Shown here in pieces: positions 41,471 through 55,515 of a DNA stretch of 64,000 nucleotides. Position numbers and translations under genes: made by a program. Within the stretch, counting starts at the first letter, position 1. Each line of letters starts with the position of its first letter. The notes beneath the pieces are model-generated. The model was not told the origin of the DNA. It searched no databases and was given only the letters and a program-made list of their open reading frames with translations. The DNA comes from Schmidtea polychroa (Eukaryota): assembly GCA_044892525.1 (NCBI GenBank), contig CM097886.1:66464001-66528000 (forward strand), in the 5' to 3' direction.

Positions 41471-42199
41471 GTACGAATTTATTATAATTATTGTATTAGT
41501 AATAAATATTTTATTCCGAAACTATTCATTAAAATCTTTAATAATCCACTATTTGCATGCATTTGAATAGAAATTTCTATAAAATTCTAATTTCCACATA
41601 ATAAATTTGAATTATTAATTATCAATATTTCGATAATACTATTTTATTATTAATGCATTAATAGTAATAGAATCTTTGTTTATTTTTTTTGCTATTTTTC
41701 AAATATTTATGCAATTTTTACCATTAGTAATATTAGCGAATCTAACACAGAAGGACTAGTGATTTAACACTTTTGCAGGTGGTTGGATTGTTAGATACTA
41801 AGAATTTTCTAATTGCCACAAGGATTCATTAACCGGGAAAGAGAAAGAAACAAATTAAAATGTTATCAAAGACAAATCATGGTGAAAAGGAATAAAATCG
41901 ATGGAAAGAAAATTGAAAATAGAAGCTAAAAAGCAAAATGAAAAACCAATTTTCTTATTTAGACCAATTGTCTGATATAATTAAGGAGGAAACATAAAAT
42001 TTTTCCTCTAATACAAATTATGAATGAATAAAAAGATTATAAAAACTCGAAAACAAATTCAAATTTTATTAGAAATAATTGGATATTGAAAAAAAATTTC
42101 CTATTCAAGATAATATAATATCTGATTTTACAGCTTCATCGTTATCTAATTCAATTTTCTCTTCCAATTTTCCTTGTTTAATTTTATCATTTTATTTGA

Positions 42200-43650
42200 A
42201 TTTGGTTAAATGATATAAATTAAAACTACTTTTTCAGATGCATTTTGAATCAATTTAATTTCGGTTTACACCATAGATATAAGTGATGCGTTCTATAAGT
42301 TCTGGTCATGGGACTATGTTCTACTAACATCAAATTTTTATGAAAGAATAACATATATTTTCAACATAACCCCAATTTCGGTTCACACAATTCTAGCAAG
42401 GTTAATAAAGCAGCTCCGAAAAGGCATTTTTAAAGAAATTGCAGGACCATTTGACTAAAAAATTCTGCATAGCAACCTTCAAATCTTCCTTCGATATTAA
42501 CATCGCGAATATAGAAGAGTTTTTTGAGACCAAAATACTCCAATCTTGGATGAATAGTGCCAACGCTTGATATACAGATGCGTTGACAGCTTTCTCGTTG
42601 TAATTTGACCCTCTTATTGGAATAATTTCTGTAATTTTTCAACAATAGACAGATAAATTACTGCTTGACAGGCATTCTTTGTCTTTATCAAAAATTGAGG
42701 TTCACCCTCATTTAATATTTAATACCAATCATTGAAGGTGTGTCCTGAAGAACTTGATTACATTGCGATACTCTACAACCATATCTATTTATCTACAAAC
42801 AAACGACTGCAAACTTCATGTGCTTTTAATTGTATACATTTATCTTTAACTCTTAAGCCTTTTGGGTTTCGATCCTTTGCCCACTCTAACATTTGTCTTT
42901 TCATTTCATTTCATTTGCAATTTCCTTATATTACCTAGTAATCTTAATGCACTTTTTATTTGTATTTTTGGGTTGTTGCTTGCTTGAAAATGTTGAAATG
43001 TGTCAATTGTATATTTTGTTAATAATGCCAACTTATGTTAACACAGGCGTTATATTCGTTTAAAGTGGTCAGTTTTAATTTTATTGAAAGGTTTTTTTTC
43101 AATTAACTATTACTGATTGGACTCCAATCGTGATTTGAAATATCAACAAGAATGACAACTTCTCTATATTATCAATATCTATTGTCTATTACAATTACAA
43201 TCGATTTAATTTCTGCTAATACAATTACACAAAGGATTCACCACTCAATACTCTAAACTTAGGACTTATATCAACACACAGTAAGTAATAGTCCAATTAA
43301 TAACCACCAAAGTGCTTTTTTGATCGAGCTTCCTCGATATGCAATGCGTCAATCGATGGGTTCCTTTAATTTTTGTTAATTTGATTTTCTACAACTTCTC
43401 CCATTTCCACTAATTTGTTGTTATCTGCGACAGCTGTCAAGATATTCCATTTTTTTATTTCCCCGTCTTCTCCAGTAGTTTATTCGTTGATCAAGCTATA
43501 GACAAAGTAAATCCATTCCCTTTTTCTTTTTAGCTTGTACTTATTAATTAATAACGACTATGTCGGATTTCATGGTTTGAACTTATTGATTTTTGCAAAA
43601 GGCTAGGTCGATTCAGAACCATTTTATGGCGGGAAAGGTTGGAGTTAAGG
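42200..43650 (-). mobile_element. Highly decayed gypsy-like pol fragments (RNase H / integrase-like)
   Basis: Minus-strand fragments such as QRICISSVGTIHPR and HSPMTRTYRT loosely resemble integrase MDxVGP and SPYHPQTNG motifs; many stops. Confidence 0.35.
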
Positions 43651-44663
43651 GTATAAATGATGTTTCAAGGGCCAAAATTCAATTGTAAGCTCGATTTAGA
43701 CTTGTTGGATTTTTATTTGAAAGTCGGTTCTCTCTCTGACTCCTTGTGTTCTTATTCAACCAAATAAATCAAACCCAGCACAGAATAATTTTATTCAATC
43801 TTTATCACAATTGAATAAGATTTAATTTATCACGCTTCTCCTTTCTCTGTTTTCCTCTTCGACCAATTGATGGCTTGCTCATTTCTGAGCTCTCTTTTTA
43901 TACTGTTTCTGAGAGGCCAATTATCTAGAAAATTGCGCTTTATTATTTCCCCGGGAATCCTAAATCAATATTTAAGGGTTTTTTGATTATTTTAATTATT
44001 TACCCTTGATTAAAGCTCAAAACATTCCCTCTATTTATCTTATTGCTCGGGTCTCACTGCGTATCGGGTTTCCTTCAGTGCTTGGGCTTTCCATTACCGA
44101 TTAATTAATTTGGTTTTTCACATTAACTTTCCCTGTGAACACCTTATTAAATTTTCATTATAATTTCTGAACTCGTCTATCAATTTGGCTTTCAACTATA
44201 CTCGATATTGATTTTCCTCATTTTTGTTAAGCTTTCCTTTTTTATATAGTTTTTTTTTGGTTTTTGCTCTAACCCAAACAGACTCGTCAAAATCTCAAGT
44301 TATTTTAAGTTAGAGTTGTCAAATACTGGTAGTGGGTGTGGTCGAACAAAAGTTGGAAAAAACATTAGGAATAAACGGAGTAACATCTCACAATCCTTTT
44401 CCCATAATTGATAATATTCAATTATTAAAATTAATAACAAATCTTCCTAAATTCTTATAATTTCCCTCATCAATCGATATTTATGAGAAAGCGGTTATTT
44501 TTAAAACATCACGATTACAACTTCATTTGTAATTACTTATTTTCTATTTTAGGTTTATTTTTAAGTGACACGGTGTCCAATAAGAAAAGAAGATAAATGA
44601 TGATTATGTAATAGAATAAAATTGTGTTTGTTGTTATATACTTCACTGAACTTTTCCGCCTAC

Positions 44664-44665
<2 letters not shown>

Positions 44666-44714
<49 letters not shown>
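44666..44714. repeat. (TA)n microsatellite
   Basis: About 24 TA units. Confidence 0.98.
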
Positions 44715-44718
<4 letters not shown>

Positions 44719-44738
44719 TATATATTAAATCAAAAAAA

Positions 44739-47700
44739 ATGAAATCTAAAGTAATCGTTATTGGAGCTGGTTTTGCTGGACTTTCAACTGCTGTTCAATT
44801 AAAGAAATCGGGTATGACAGATTTTTTAATTTTGGAAGCTCGTGGAAATATTGGTGGGCGTGTTCAACAAATTAAATTTTGCGGTTAGTAGAAATTATTT
44901 TAAATGTAATTTATTTAGTTTTCATAAATTTTAAGCTTTTTTTATTATTTCAAATTTTTATTATCATAAAAAAAATTGAATCTGGGACATCTATTGTTTA
45001 TTGCTATGCCAAAAGATTTTGATATTCATTGACAAAGTGTAGCTTACTACTAATCCGTTTGATGGAGTGTCGTGTGTCCCAAATTGATGGCATTGATCTA
45101 TATTTCATTTACAGCCAGATGTGATTTGAAAATAATTGAGAAAAATTGGAAGTGCTGGAAAATATTAAGTTGAAAATGACTTTATTAAAACAAGCTTTTG
45201 ATGTATTTACATTTTCGACAGTGAAATCTGTTTTCAATATATTCTTTTCACTAGAATTTTATATATGCTTTATTAAGATGGTGTATTATATCGAGCAAGT
45301 AAACAGCATTTATCCAAAGCTTATTATCATACTTTTTCTGAGAATACAGAAATAATTTGATTTATTTTTCCAGTTCAAATGCACTCACATTATTTCATTA
45401 TCGAAGATAAAATTTTGCAAAAAAGAAACATGAAAAGGTTATCCTTGTATACGTGCGCACAAAATCATATTTTCGTAACCCATACGGATGTTGCATCGTG
45501 TACATTTTTGCACTCCCACATGTTTGAAAAGTTAATTTAGCTAGTCACCCTTAAATACCCCTTGTATATTACAAGATACAACTGTTAAAATCTATATTTC
45601 TGTGGAAATATTCACAATTTCCCGAGAAAACCAATTTTATGAAGTGTGGTAATTGTATGATAATATCGCCAAAGCTTATCAAAACTTATAGATTAGACCA
45701 GCTGTGTTCAATAAAGCAATACTGTGATAATTTAAAAAATATTTTGAGTAAGTTTTTCATTGTGTGCAAATAAATGGTTGTATCTTTTTAAATACACTGG
45801 ATATTCTTTACACATTAGAGTTTCATGTGTAAGCTGTTATGATTTGCCTATTTTGCCTTAAATATATTGCAACTGTGATCAAAATTAATGGCCATACGAC
45901 GACAAGATGAAATTGAAGAACTAATATTTGATTGCTGTGATAAAACCGACTGTTTGGAAGATTGTGGGTACGAATTTTCTACTAAAAGTTTCCCATGCAC
46001 GAACAGGACCTGTAAGAAAACCTGTCTAACATTCAGTGCATCGTTAACGATGAATTCAGAATGCACAACTAAGTTCTATCCAGTTTTTCTGAACTATTGG
46101 CATATCTAATACTGATCCATGCTAATTTCCGTATGAATTTCGAAATTTCGTAGTTGATCCTACGTCGGTGACCTGTGGAAAAGAGGCAATCTGATGTACC
46201 AGGAAGAAGACATCAATTTCCGAGGGAACAGTAGTGTTTCGGAAGATTTGAAAGACCTTCAAACTACGTTTCAAAAATGGTCATATTTATTCCCTGATTC
46301 CTTGTAAAAATTGATTGCGGAAGAAACAATGTCTCGTTCCGATTTCATATATTTGATTTGCGCAAGTTCATCGGCATTCTGTTCTACAAGACATTATAAT
46401 CATTCAAGGGCACAGGGCTATTTGTCAGATAAATAAATTTTTGGCATAGATGTGACATTCCTATCGTGGAAAGACAATCGTCAATTCTATTTCCACATAC
46501 GCTGGTGTGAAACCACATCCAAATAACCAGAAACAATCTCTACTGGAAAAAATTTGGATAAAAAGGAAAAGAAAATGATTCCCTGTTCTGAGATTATAAA
46601 AAAGTATAATCACCATATCGGTGGCGTTGACCTAATGGGACGACACAATATCACCATGAAAATTCGAAAATGGACAAACAGGATCTCCCATCATTTGTTG
46701 GGCATGTCGTCCGTTAACACATGGATTTTGTATAAACGAATCAGTGGAAACCAGTAGCATAGCAAACATATGAGATTGATTGATATTAAGTTTGATACAA
46801 TAGCGGATACAACATTTTCTTTCAAATCTGTCCAGGCTACCAAACGCATCATTGGCTCCGCCTAGAGATAACAGATTCAACTGATCATTGGTCAACTCCA
46901 AATTGATGCAAATTCCCCAATTGTTCTGGTCAAAGAAATATGTTTTGTACTAAATTTGTGTCTTACATCTGACAAAAATTGTTCTTATAATTACCATCAT
47001 AATTAAATAATAATAAGAAGCTGAATTTTCTTTGAAATAAATATTTAAAAGAACTTATTATAGCAAGCCCACATTTATTTTCATTGTATACTGAGAAAAG
47101 GATAATGTCCAATGTATCTTAAAAGATACAACTGGGTTTTTTTGGCTTAAAATGGTTAAAATTAAAATAAGTTTGAAATTCGGTAACTATTAGCAAAATT
47201 ACATTGAATAAAATATTTTCATCCAAATTTGGGTATTTAAGGGTTAAATAACTATGCTTAATTTTGAGAAAGAAAGCCAAAACATCATTCAACTCTGGCT
47301 TGATTTATATACCGCGAATGGTCTACGAATTTATTGTAAGATAATAATATAATAATAACTTTCTTTGCAATTAATTTGCTCTAATTTTAAAAAGCAAGTT
47401 ATCAAAACTAATAAAATTAATTAATCAGTTTAATGTATAAATTAATTCTTTTAATTAGGTTCTGAATATAGTATCGGACCAGAATGGTTGCACGGTCAGA
47501 CGAGTAATCCTATTTTTCATCTAGCTAAAGCCGAACTCGGTTTGAAAGTTAAAGATTCTGAATACGATAAATTTTATTTCACTGATCCCAGCAATCTCTC
47601 AGTTAGCAATCGCCAAAAACTTTTCAACTCTAAATTTAACAATCTTAGAAAAGCTGTCGATGAAAGACTCGCGAACTTCTCCTACGAATCGCTGGAAAAT

Positions 47701-48618
47701 AAAAGTATTTCTGAAGTTCTGAAAATTGATACCAGTCAGACTGATACACTTTCTAAGTTTATTAATTATTGGGCCTTTAATTTCGAAAATGGGGTAGAAT
47801 CCGAAAAGTTTTCAGCCCTTGTCTATAAAATGTCATCAGACATATATAATAATGTCGGGTCATTTTCGGATTTTCATTTTGTGGAAAATAATGGTTTTGT
47901 AAAAATTATTAATTATTTTCGCGCATCAGCTGGTCTAAATGATAAAAATATTCGATTCAATGATAGAGTTGAGGAACTTATCTGTGATGAGGACAAAATA
48001 AAAATTCTCACAAAAAATGGAAAAGAATATTTAGCAGAATATTGTATTTGTACAATTCCTATTTCGGTCATAGGGAAAAGTCTGATAAAAATTCAACCAG
48101 ATTTTTCGAATGAGATTTACGAGACCATCGGGAAGTTGAAGTTTTCAACATATTCAAGAGTATTTATAGAACTGTCAAAACCAAATTGGATAAATAATTA
48201 CGACTGGCTGGTACATTTGTCAGATCATTTTGAAGATGAAATATGTCTATGGAAAAATCCAAATGACAACCCTAAAACCCTTATTGGTCATATTTACAAT
48301 TTATCTAAGAACATTTCTTATAATTTGGAAAGAAAAATTGAAATAAGTCTAAAACATATTCTAGGAAATGATTACAGCGGAATTAACTCTTTTCAGGTTA
48401 TTTGTTTAGAAAACTCTTCTTACAGTTTTGGATCTTTTCCAACTGCAAGTTCTGAATTTAATATGAAAGACGTTGAAAACCTTATAAGTCTCAATAATTC
48501 CAGTCGGTTACTATTTGCCGGGGATAGTTATTCTTTAGAATATTTTGGAACTGTCCAAGGAGCATTCAATACTGGAGTTCATGCAGCAAACACCGTTCTA
48601 TCAAAATTATACAGTTAA
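44739..48618 (+). CDS. Flavin-containing amine oxidase (polyamine/spermine oxidase family); exons 44739-44883 and 47459-48618 (~434 aa)
   Basis: MKSKVIVIGAGFAGL...LEARGNIGGRV (FAD-binding) splices in phase to GPEWLHG; C-terminal LLFAGDSY...GTVQGAFNTG. Confidence 0.92.
45548..47243 (+). mobile_element. Defective piggyBac element in the amine oxidase intron
   Basis: 13-bp TIRs CCCTTAAATACCC (45548-45560) and GGGTATTTAAGGG (47231-47243); TTAA on the right, GTCA on the left; transposase fragment YNHHIGGVDL...KIRKWTNRISHHLLGMSSVNTWILYK. Confidence 0.85.
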
Positions 48619-49644
48619 AATGTACATTTCAAATCCCTGGATGGATCTATTTTGTAAAAAGGAGAGATTACTGTAATGTTGTCCAAAGGTTGTATTAAAA
48701 CAAATAAATAAAAATTGCATAATTCTCAATTAAAGAATATTTGGCTTAAGCTAATAGGTTTACCAAAATATTTTTTATAAAAAAATCATGTATAAATGAG
48801 TTTTATTCTAATTGCATATAATTTTTATTTTTGACGACAAAAAATAACGACAGACTTACAAAAAACCATCAGTTAGCTCAGTTTTTTCAAAAATAACTGA
48901 TCAAAATTATAATACCAATTAAAATTATTAACGTATTTTTATTACGAAGAAAAAGAAATAAAAAATTTTCTTTATTTTTGTAAATTTAGATTTAAAATTA
49001 CTTAAAAATACCTCTAAGCAGTCATATATAAGAGCGCATCTAATACACAGATAGTAAAATGTGAGAAATATGGAATTTTTGCAAAATAGTTAGCGTAATT
49101 GATGAATATTTAAAATATTTTTCATTAATATTGTCGGGTATATTGTATTTGGTCGGTGATTATTAAACTGTCGATTACTGATCTGACTCTGACTCCTAGC
49201 GTGTTATTTAATAGCCAACGACGTAAAACTTTATTGATTATCCTGATAATTATCATAATTGATTACAACAAATTCAACGACACACCTCAAATGTTTGAAA
49301 TGCTTATTACAACCCTTCGGGAGAAATAGCACAACAGTGACAATACTCTAAGAACACAACCACTTGACTACTACCGGTAACGGGAGATTCGCAAAATTGA
49401 ACTGATTGCCTTGAACTTGATTTGAGTTTTTCAACTACTTCTGATTTATTAATTCAATACACAAGTTTCTTCCAATTGTTTCCCGAGTCGCAACAATGTA
49501 TTTAAATCTTGTAAATTCAAATTTCTCACAAATTTTCTCTCTTTTTTTTTCTCTCTAATTTGTGTTCAGTTTTTATACCTTGTCATCTGATGGCACTTAT
49601 TGATAATTCATTCCTTTTTTCCAACCTATTCCATTGGGGACTCC

Positions 49645-49796
49645 NNNNNNNNNNNNNNNNNNNNNNNNNNNNNNNNNNNNNNNNNNNNNNNNNNNNNNNN
49701 NNNNNNNNNNNNNNNNNNNNNNNNNNNNNNNNNNNNNNNNNNNNNNNNNNNNNNNNNNNNNNNNNNNNNNNNNNNNNNNNNNNNNNNNNNNNNNNN
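49645..49796. other. Assembly gap (N run)
   Basis: Run of N. Confidence 1.
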
Positions 49797-50859
49797 TCGA
49801 ATTCTCCATGTCCTTTTTCCATATTTTCGAATAGGCCTTCGAAATAACAGGATAATTTAAATATTGTTTTGCTTCTTTTACTCTTAAATTTGTTAATTAA
49901 GAATGACCTTTAATTTAATTTTCTGTTTTTATTGATTTTCTTCTGTTCCCTTCTCATTTTTCAATATCTCTCTTCCACTGCAATTTCACTGAGTTCCAGA
50001 ACAATATTTATCATCAGTTCCCTCCAATTATTTTACGCCTTTAATAATTATTTTAATTTTATTATTTAGATATCCTCAACAATATAATAATTTTTTATTT
50101 GTACGCAAACACGTTTTAGATAAAGCAGACTGCAAAAGATATTTTTTATAGAAACGACAAAGTATAAAATGGCGTCATTTGTTTGAATTCGAGTGTAACG
50201 TCACACTATTATTGCAAAACGAATGCGGTTTCGAACTGTTAGGAGATCTGGGATTGTTGTCGAGATTTTGAATTAACATAGAACGTTAGATTTAGTTTAG
50301 AATAACTATAAAGTTTTTAAAAGATAGTTTTGTATATTAAAATGTATTTTTGTTTGTAAAATTTGGCACTCTTGACGGCTACCAGTATCGCCTCTGCCAG
50401 AAGTTGACTCTGTTCTCTGGCATCTTTACTCACCAGGCATTACAATGTTACTACGCAAGGAATGATTCCTACTGTCATTAAAACAATCTGTTGTGCAATC
50501 CGTTGTCAGAAATCATCACAAAAACTATGAATAATTTCGAAAAAAAAGAATCATAAAATATTAAAAATCTTCCTACAATTTTTAAAATATAATATTGCTT
50601 GATTGATAATGAAAATTATTTCCCACATTTTTATTTTGGAGATTTTTATATTCTTTTCTACAATCTGTTCGATAGTTTTATCTGTTAATGCTAGCAAATA
50701 TTATCCAGGTAGATGACGTTATAAGGAGGTTTACCCTACTTAAATTGCCTTTCAAAAGAGGGGTGGAAATAAATGTTATCGATCTTTATATTAATTCAAA
50801 TTTAAAATGCATTTTATAAGGCATAATTATTTATTAAATCATTTTATTAAATATTTCAC

Positions 50860-51402
50860 ACTAGCTGTTGTACCCGGTTTCGCCCGAGTTTACATTTATT
50901 ATAATAATTCATTTAAATTAATTTTTTGTTTAATGATGTATTACGTTCCAGTATTAATTTTATAACAGCTTCAATTCCATGTTTAATTCACAATAAGAAA
51001 AGCTTTCGAAATAAATTTCAATTTGAAAAATCGAAAACGCACTCCAATTTAAATCGAAAAATAACTGGCAATATTTTTCCAATTGCAAACTGGTTCACTA
51101 ATCAAATAAAATTCAAATTCTCCATGTTTGAATTCTGCTTTGAAAACTTTTGACTAAATTATATCACTTTCAACTGCAAGTAGTAAGCATATAATAAATT
51201 ATTATTTATATGGTAAATTGCGGACCGGACAGACAAACAAACCGACTAAGGGTACCCTAGGCGTGGTCACCTGGGGTTGAAACATATCCTATGACCTGGC
51301 CCGAGTCAAATAAAGGTCACATGCAAAATTTCAGCACCCTAAGTCTAACGGTGGGAAATTCTATGGGTAACAAACAAATAAACTTTCATTTTTATATAAG
51401 AT
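50860..51402 (+). mobile_element. Non-autonomous Helitron-like (Lep1/HINE-like) short element
   Basis: Begins ACTAGCTGTTGTACCCGGTTTCGCCCG, contains GACAGACAAACAAAC and CATGCAAAATTTCAG, ends AACAAACAAATAAACTTTCATTTTTATATAAGAT; these motifs are typical of such elements. Confidence 0.45.
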
Positions 51403-52099
51403 ACAAGAAAAAGAGGTACTTTCATTTCTTCGATTATATGTCAGTGGAAGTATACGATATAAGAATCATTTAGTTTGTCAGAGTTTTAAAAGAACGTATG
51501 AGTTTACAGGAGAGGGTATCTATAAGAAAATCCTGGGAATTGTTAAGTAATTTCAATTGTAATTTCAGTTAAAAAAGTGAATATTGTAACTTTGAAATCC
51601 GAATTGTGATATATATTATTGGGGCTCTGTTTATAATTAAAGGACAGAATGGGTACGAAATTTTTATAAATCCAAAATACATCTTTTATAAAACAGTGAA
51701 CCTAATACTAAATGACCATTCTATTGCACAATACATTTCCAGATGTGTCAAAGCCAGAGTAATTGCCAAAAAAACTATTAATTCAAACAAAATTAAAATT
51801 CTTTTCACATTAATGCCTAATAAGTCGTTCTCATGTGGTTGCGTGAATTACAGATGAAATAGATTAAGTTTTTATTTTTTTTAATATGCTATATTGTACA
51901 GAATTATTTTTCTATGTAAAATGGTAAAAAAAATATTTTTTAAACATCATTTTTAACGTAGCATTTTTAATGCCGAAAATTTTGAAACATTTTTATAAAG
52001 CGCGCAAAAAAATTTTAAATTTAAACAAATATAATTTTACCCGTCATTTATAAGGTAGTATTTTCATTTATATTGGATCTTAGGGGATAGGGAATGTTC

Positions 52100-54000
52100 T
52101 ATGGTTACTGATAATTTATCATCAACTTCCTCCCAAACACCTTCATAATTATTATCTTATTCTACCATCCATGTACCAATTGCAACTATCATGGTGGTAC
52201 TGTGCATAGCGGCTGAAAACTAATGAACAGGTGAGGTTCATTACTTGAACTACTCATTGGAATTTCATTTTCGGGCTCCTAGCTGCCGATAGAAATACTT
52301 AGGCTTCTTATCTTCCAATTCTCATTTACTAACTGTTTCAAACCTTTGACTATACTCTATCGGATTTTATAACCTTCGAACTTGTCAAGATTGTCCATGG
52401 TAATTTCCATCCTCAAACATACATCATTCAACTCAAAACAAAACGTAATCCCATGATACATTTATTATCATAACACAGTTATATCATCATTTACAGGAAA
52501 TCGATGTGCCATTCATGGATTTCCACATTGAGATTTTGACCATCCAGTTTACCCCACATCTCGGCTGTCTTACGAAAAATTTCTTCTTCTGATCACAGGT
52601 TACGCAGAGCTGGTTTTTCCAATTTTCTCGGTCGCTTGCGGATTTTCAACAGCGCTTGGGTTTGGGACTTCCTTCTTCCGTGGGATATCGGGGATTTGAT
52701 TTAAGGGTATAACATTGAACATCTTTGCAGTTCTAGGTTCGCGATTCGTCATTTTATTTCATTTTCCGTGTATACTGCCATGAGAGCCTTGCTCTGTTCA
52801 ATGATTAACAACCTTAGGGCTCTGTCCTCCGTATTGAGTTCAACTCAGGCTTTCTCCAGGTGAAAGACTTTCTGTTACAGGGTGAACCAGGTAGTCTGGG
52901 TCTTCTCGAACTCGGTTTGTATTTCTTCTATCTGTTGGGTTTTTGGTTAATTTAAGTCGGTTCCCTCTGACTCCTCGTGTCCTTTAAATCAAAACAATAA
53001 CGACCCAACGTATATTGAAATAACAAAATTCACAATCTTTTCTCACCACTTTACGATCAAAAATCAAAGTTACGTTTGACCGATTCTCCGCTCGGCGTTG
53101 ATGCTTCGATAAAGATAATATTCACCTTTTATTCTCTTAGGTTCTTTTGACCAACGTTTTCCTTTTGTTTCTTTGATTTGATCCTTTTCACTCTTTTTAT
53201 TCTTATTCTATCTCTTCTTTTTCCCTAATCTCCTAAATTCGTTTTTGCCTTTTCCTAAGCTCGGTTTCTTCTTACCCTACCTGAGGCAAAATGCCGATTT
53301 GCTCTGATTTTCCCTTTCCTTATATACTCCTCGAAATCGGGATGACAAATGGTTATTGCCGAGCCAATCTTTCACTTGACATTTGCTTCCACGTATCTGC
53401 TTCGGCTGTCACCCATAATGGTCCAACGAACCAATATAATTAATGGCCCTTCCGGCCTTTCTACACGCACTATCTTCTCCTTGGTCTTTTCCCATTAATC
53501 GTTGTGTCACGATAATGGGCCCAAATCTTCCTTCTATTTACTTTTCTTCTTGTTTACCCAGCTCGGGTTTCCTTCATCTCTCGGGTTCTTCATTGGCTCG
53601 GGTTTTCTATTAGCCAATTAATTAATTAATTAACATTTTCTGTTTTTACACATTTGAATGCTTTTCGACCCTTCCTAACCATTTTCTGATAAATCCCTAA
53701 TCATCATCTAGTTGACCATTAGCTACTCTATACCTGTCCCGTTTTCCCCATTCGATTTCGATGATTTTACCATTTATTGATTTTTATCGGATTTCCGGAT
53801 TCTTGCCTTTCGTAATTGCTTTTGGCATTTTCTAATACTGCTTCCATCACACTTTCCTTTACTATCGATTCTGTGCACGATCCCGCTTTTATTTGTCTTC
53901 TTTCTTCACTTACTTTTTATTTAAATTGTTAACCTAAATTTCATTTAAATTTATTTTAATTTACGGACCTCAACATATCTGTTCGTTTAGTTTGGTGGTT
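52100..54000 (-). mobile_element. Decayed LTR-retroelement-like fragment related to 43690-44110
   Basis: Purine-rich minus strand with broken coiled-coil-like frames; shares AAGTCGGTTC..CTCTGACTCCT.GTGT and CGGGTTTCCTTCA...ATTAATTAATT blocks with 43700-44110. Confidence 0.35.
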
Positions 54001-54984
54001 TTGAGCGCATTGAATACTGAACACTGACATGTGTTCAGCTTGAAACTCTTGGAGGGTCCTGTCACTATAACCAAAATTCCATCATTATCACATACCCTAC
54101 TATATGGCGCGAAAATTTAGTCTACGTGGTGATCTGTTAAGTCTTGGTATACTGACCAGATAACGTGAGGGTGAAATGTATGAATAACCCACCTTATTTA
54201 GAGAAAATTAATTTCCCAGAAGTTTGTGTGACGGATTTTGATTATATTTTCACAAGAATGATTGCTGAACTAGCGCAGTGTGCGTTTACTTTTATCTTTA
54301 TTGGATGACGTTGCCCTGCGTATGTTGTGTGAAGTTACACGAGTATCTGTGAATTTTTTTAGCCACAATGAAGAACCGGGTTGATTATCAATGGTCGACT
54401 ACTCACATCGAGAATTGCAGTGAACTATATTCCTAACAATTCTTTCATTGGTGTTTTGCGTATTTTGCTGTGTTGGTGTTGTGAGTGTACTTATGTCTTC
54501 CAGCGAAATTGAACTGCTAATCTTTCATTTCTTCGACCAAGTTACATTTTCCTAAAATTGTCATTTGGTTTTATATTGCTACTCGTCCCGCTTACCCTCA
54601 AAATCAAATTAGCATCGACCAAAATTTGAAACAGAATAATTGAATAGACTCGCCTTGTTCGCAGGTCTTGTTTTACATATTACAAACTAATAATTTTGAA
54701 AAGAAGCCTAATTATTGCTTTACTGCTTGGGTTTTCTACATGGCTCGAGCTTCCCACATACCTAATAAATTATTCATTTATTTTTGTATTTCTTGAATAT
54801 CTTTTCTGGGAAACCCCTTTCGGTTTCATATTAGTATATCCGTGTTCGTCTCAACGTTCGCTATCCGCACATATCAATACGTGATTTTGATTTTTTTTCA
54901 AATTTTTAATTAATTTTGGTCTTTTATAGGTTTTAGCATTTTATTGATTTTCACATTTAATGTTTTGTATTTTCTACGTTATAG

Positions 54985-55300
54985 CCCAACATTTCTAAGG
55001 TGGTATTTTTGATCATTGACATAATTATAATTTTAAACCATTTTAAATAGCGCGCAAATATTTTTTTTAAAATTTAAACAAAAATAATTTTTACCCGTCA
55101 TTTCTAAGGTGGTATTTTTGATCATTGACATAATTATAATTTTAAACAATTTTAAATAGCGCGCAAAAATATTTTTTAAAATTTAAACAAAAATAATTTT
55201 TACCTGTCATTTATAAGGTGGTATTTTTGATCATTGACATAATTGTAATTTTTAAATATTTTTCAAAAGCGCGCTAAATTTTTAAAAATTTAAACAAAAA
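54985..55300. repeat. ~108-bp tandem repeat (about 3 copies); partial dispersed copy at ~51985-52065
   Basis: CATTT(C/A)TAAGGTGGTATTTTTGATCATTGACATAATT at 54991, 55099 and 55208. Confidence 0.9.
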
Positions 55301-55515
55301 TTTTTATATTAAAATTTAAATATTTCAAAAAATATTGATTAAAAAATAAAATGTGGAAACTGCCGCCTTTTGAGCGCCAATATTTCGAGTTTATATTGGA
55401 GAATATAAAATAAAAAATTAAGTCATAAAAATTTATATTGTAGAAAACAAATAGACTTGTACACAAATAAATACGCATGAGTCATTGGGAGGTCCTTGGA
55501 GGACTACCTAAAGAA

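Noticed and set aside
36205-49860. ORFs spanning N runs
   Set aside because: Artefacts of assembly gaps.
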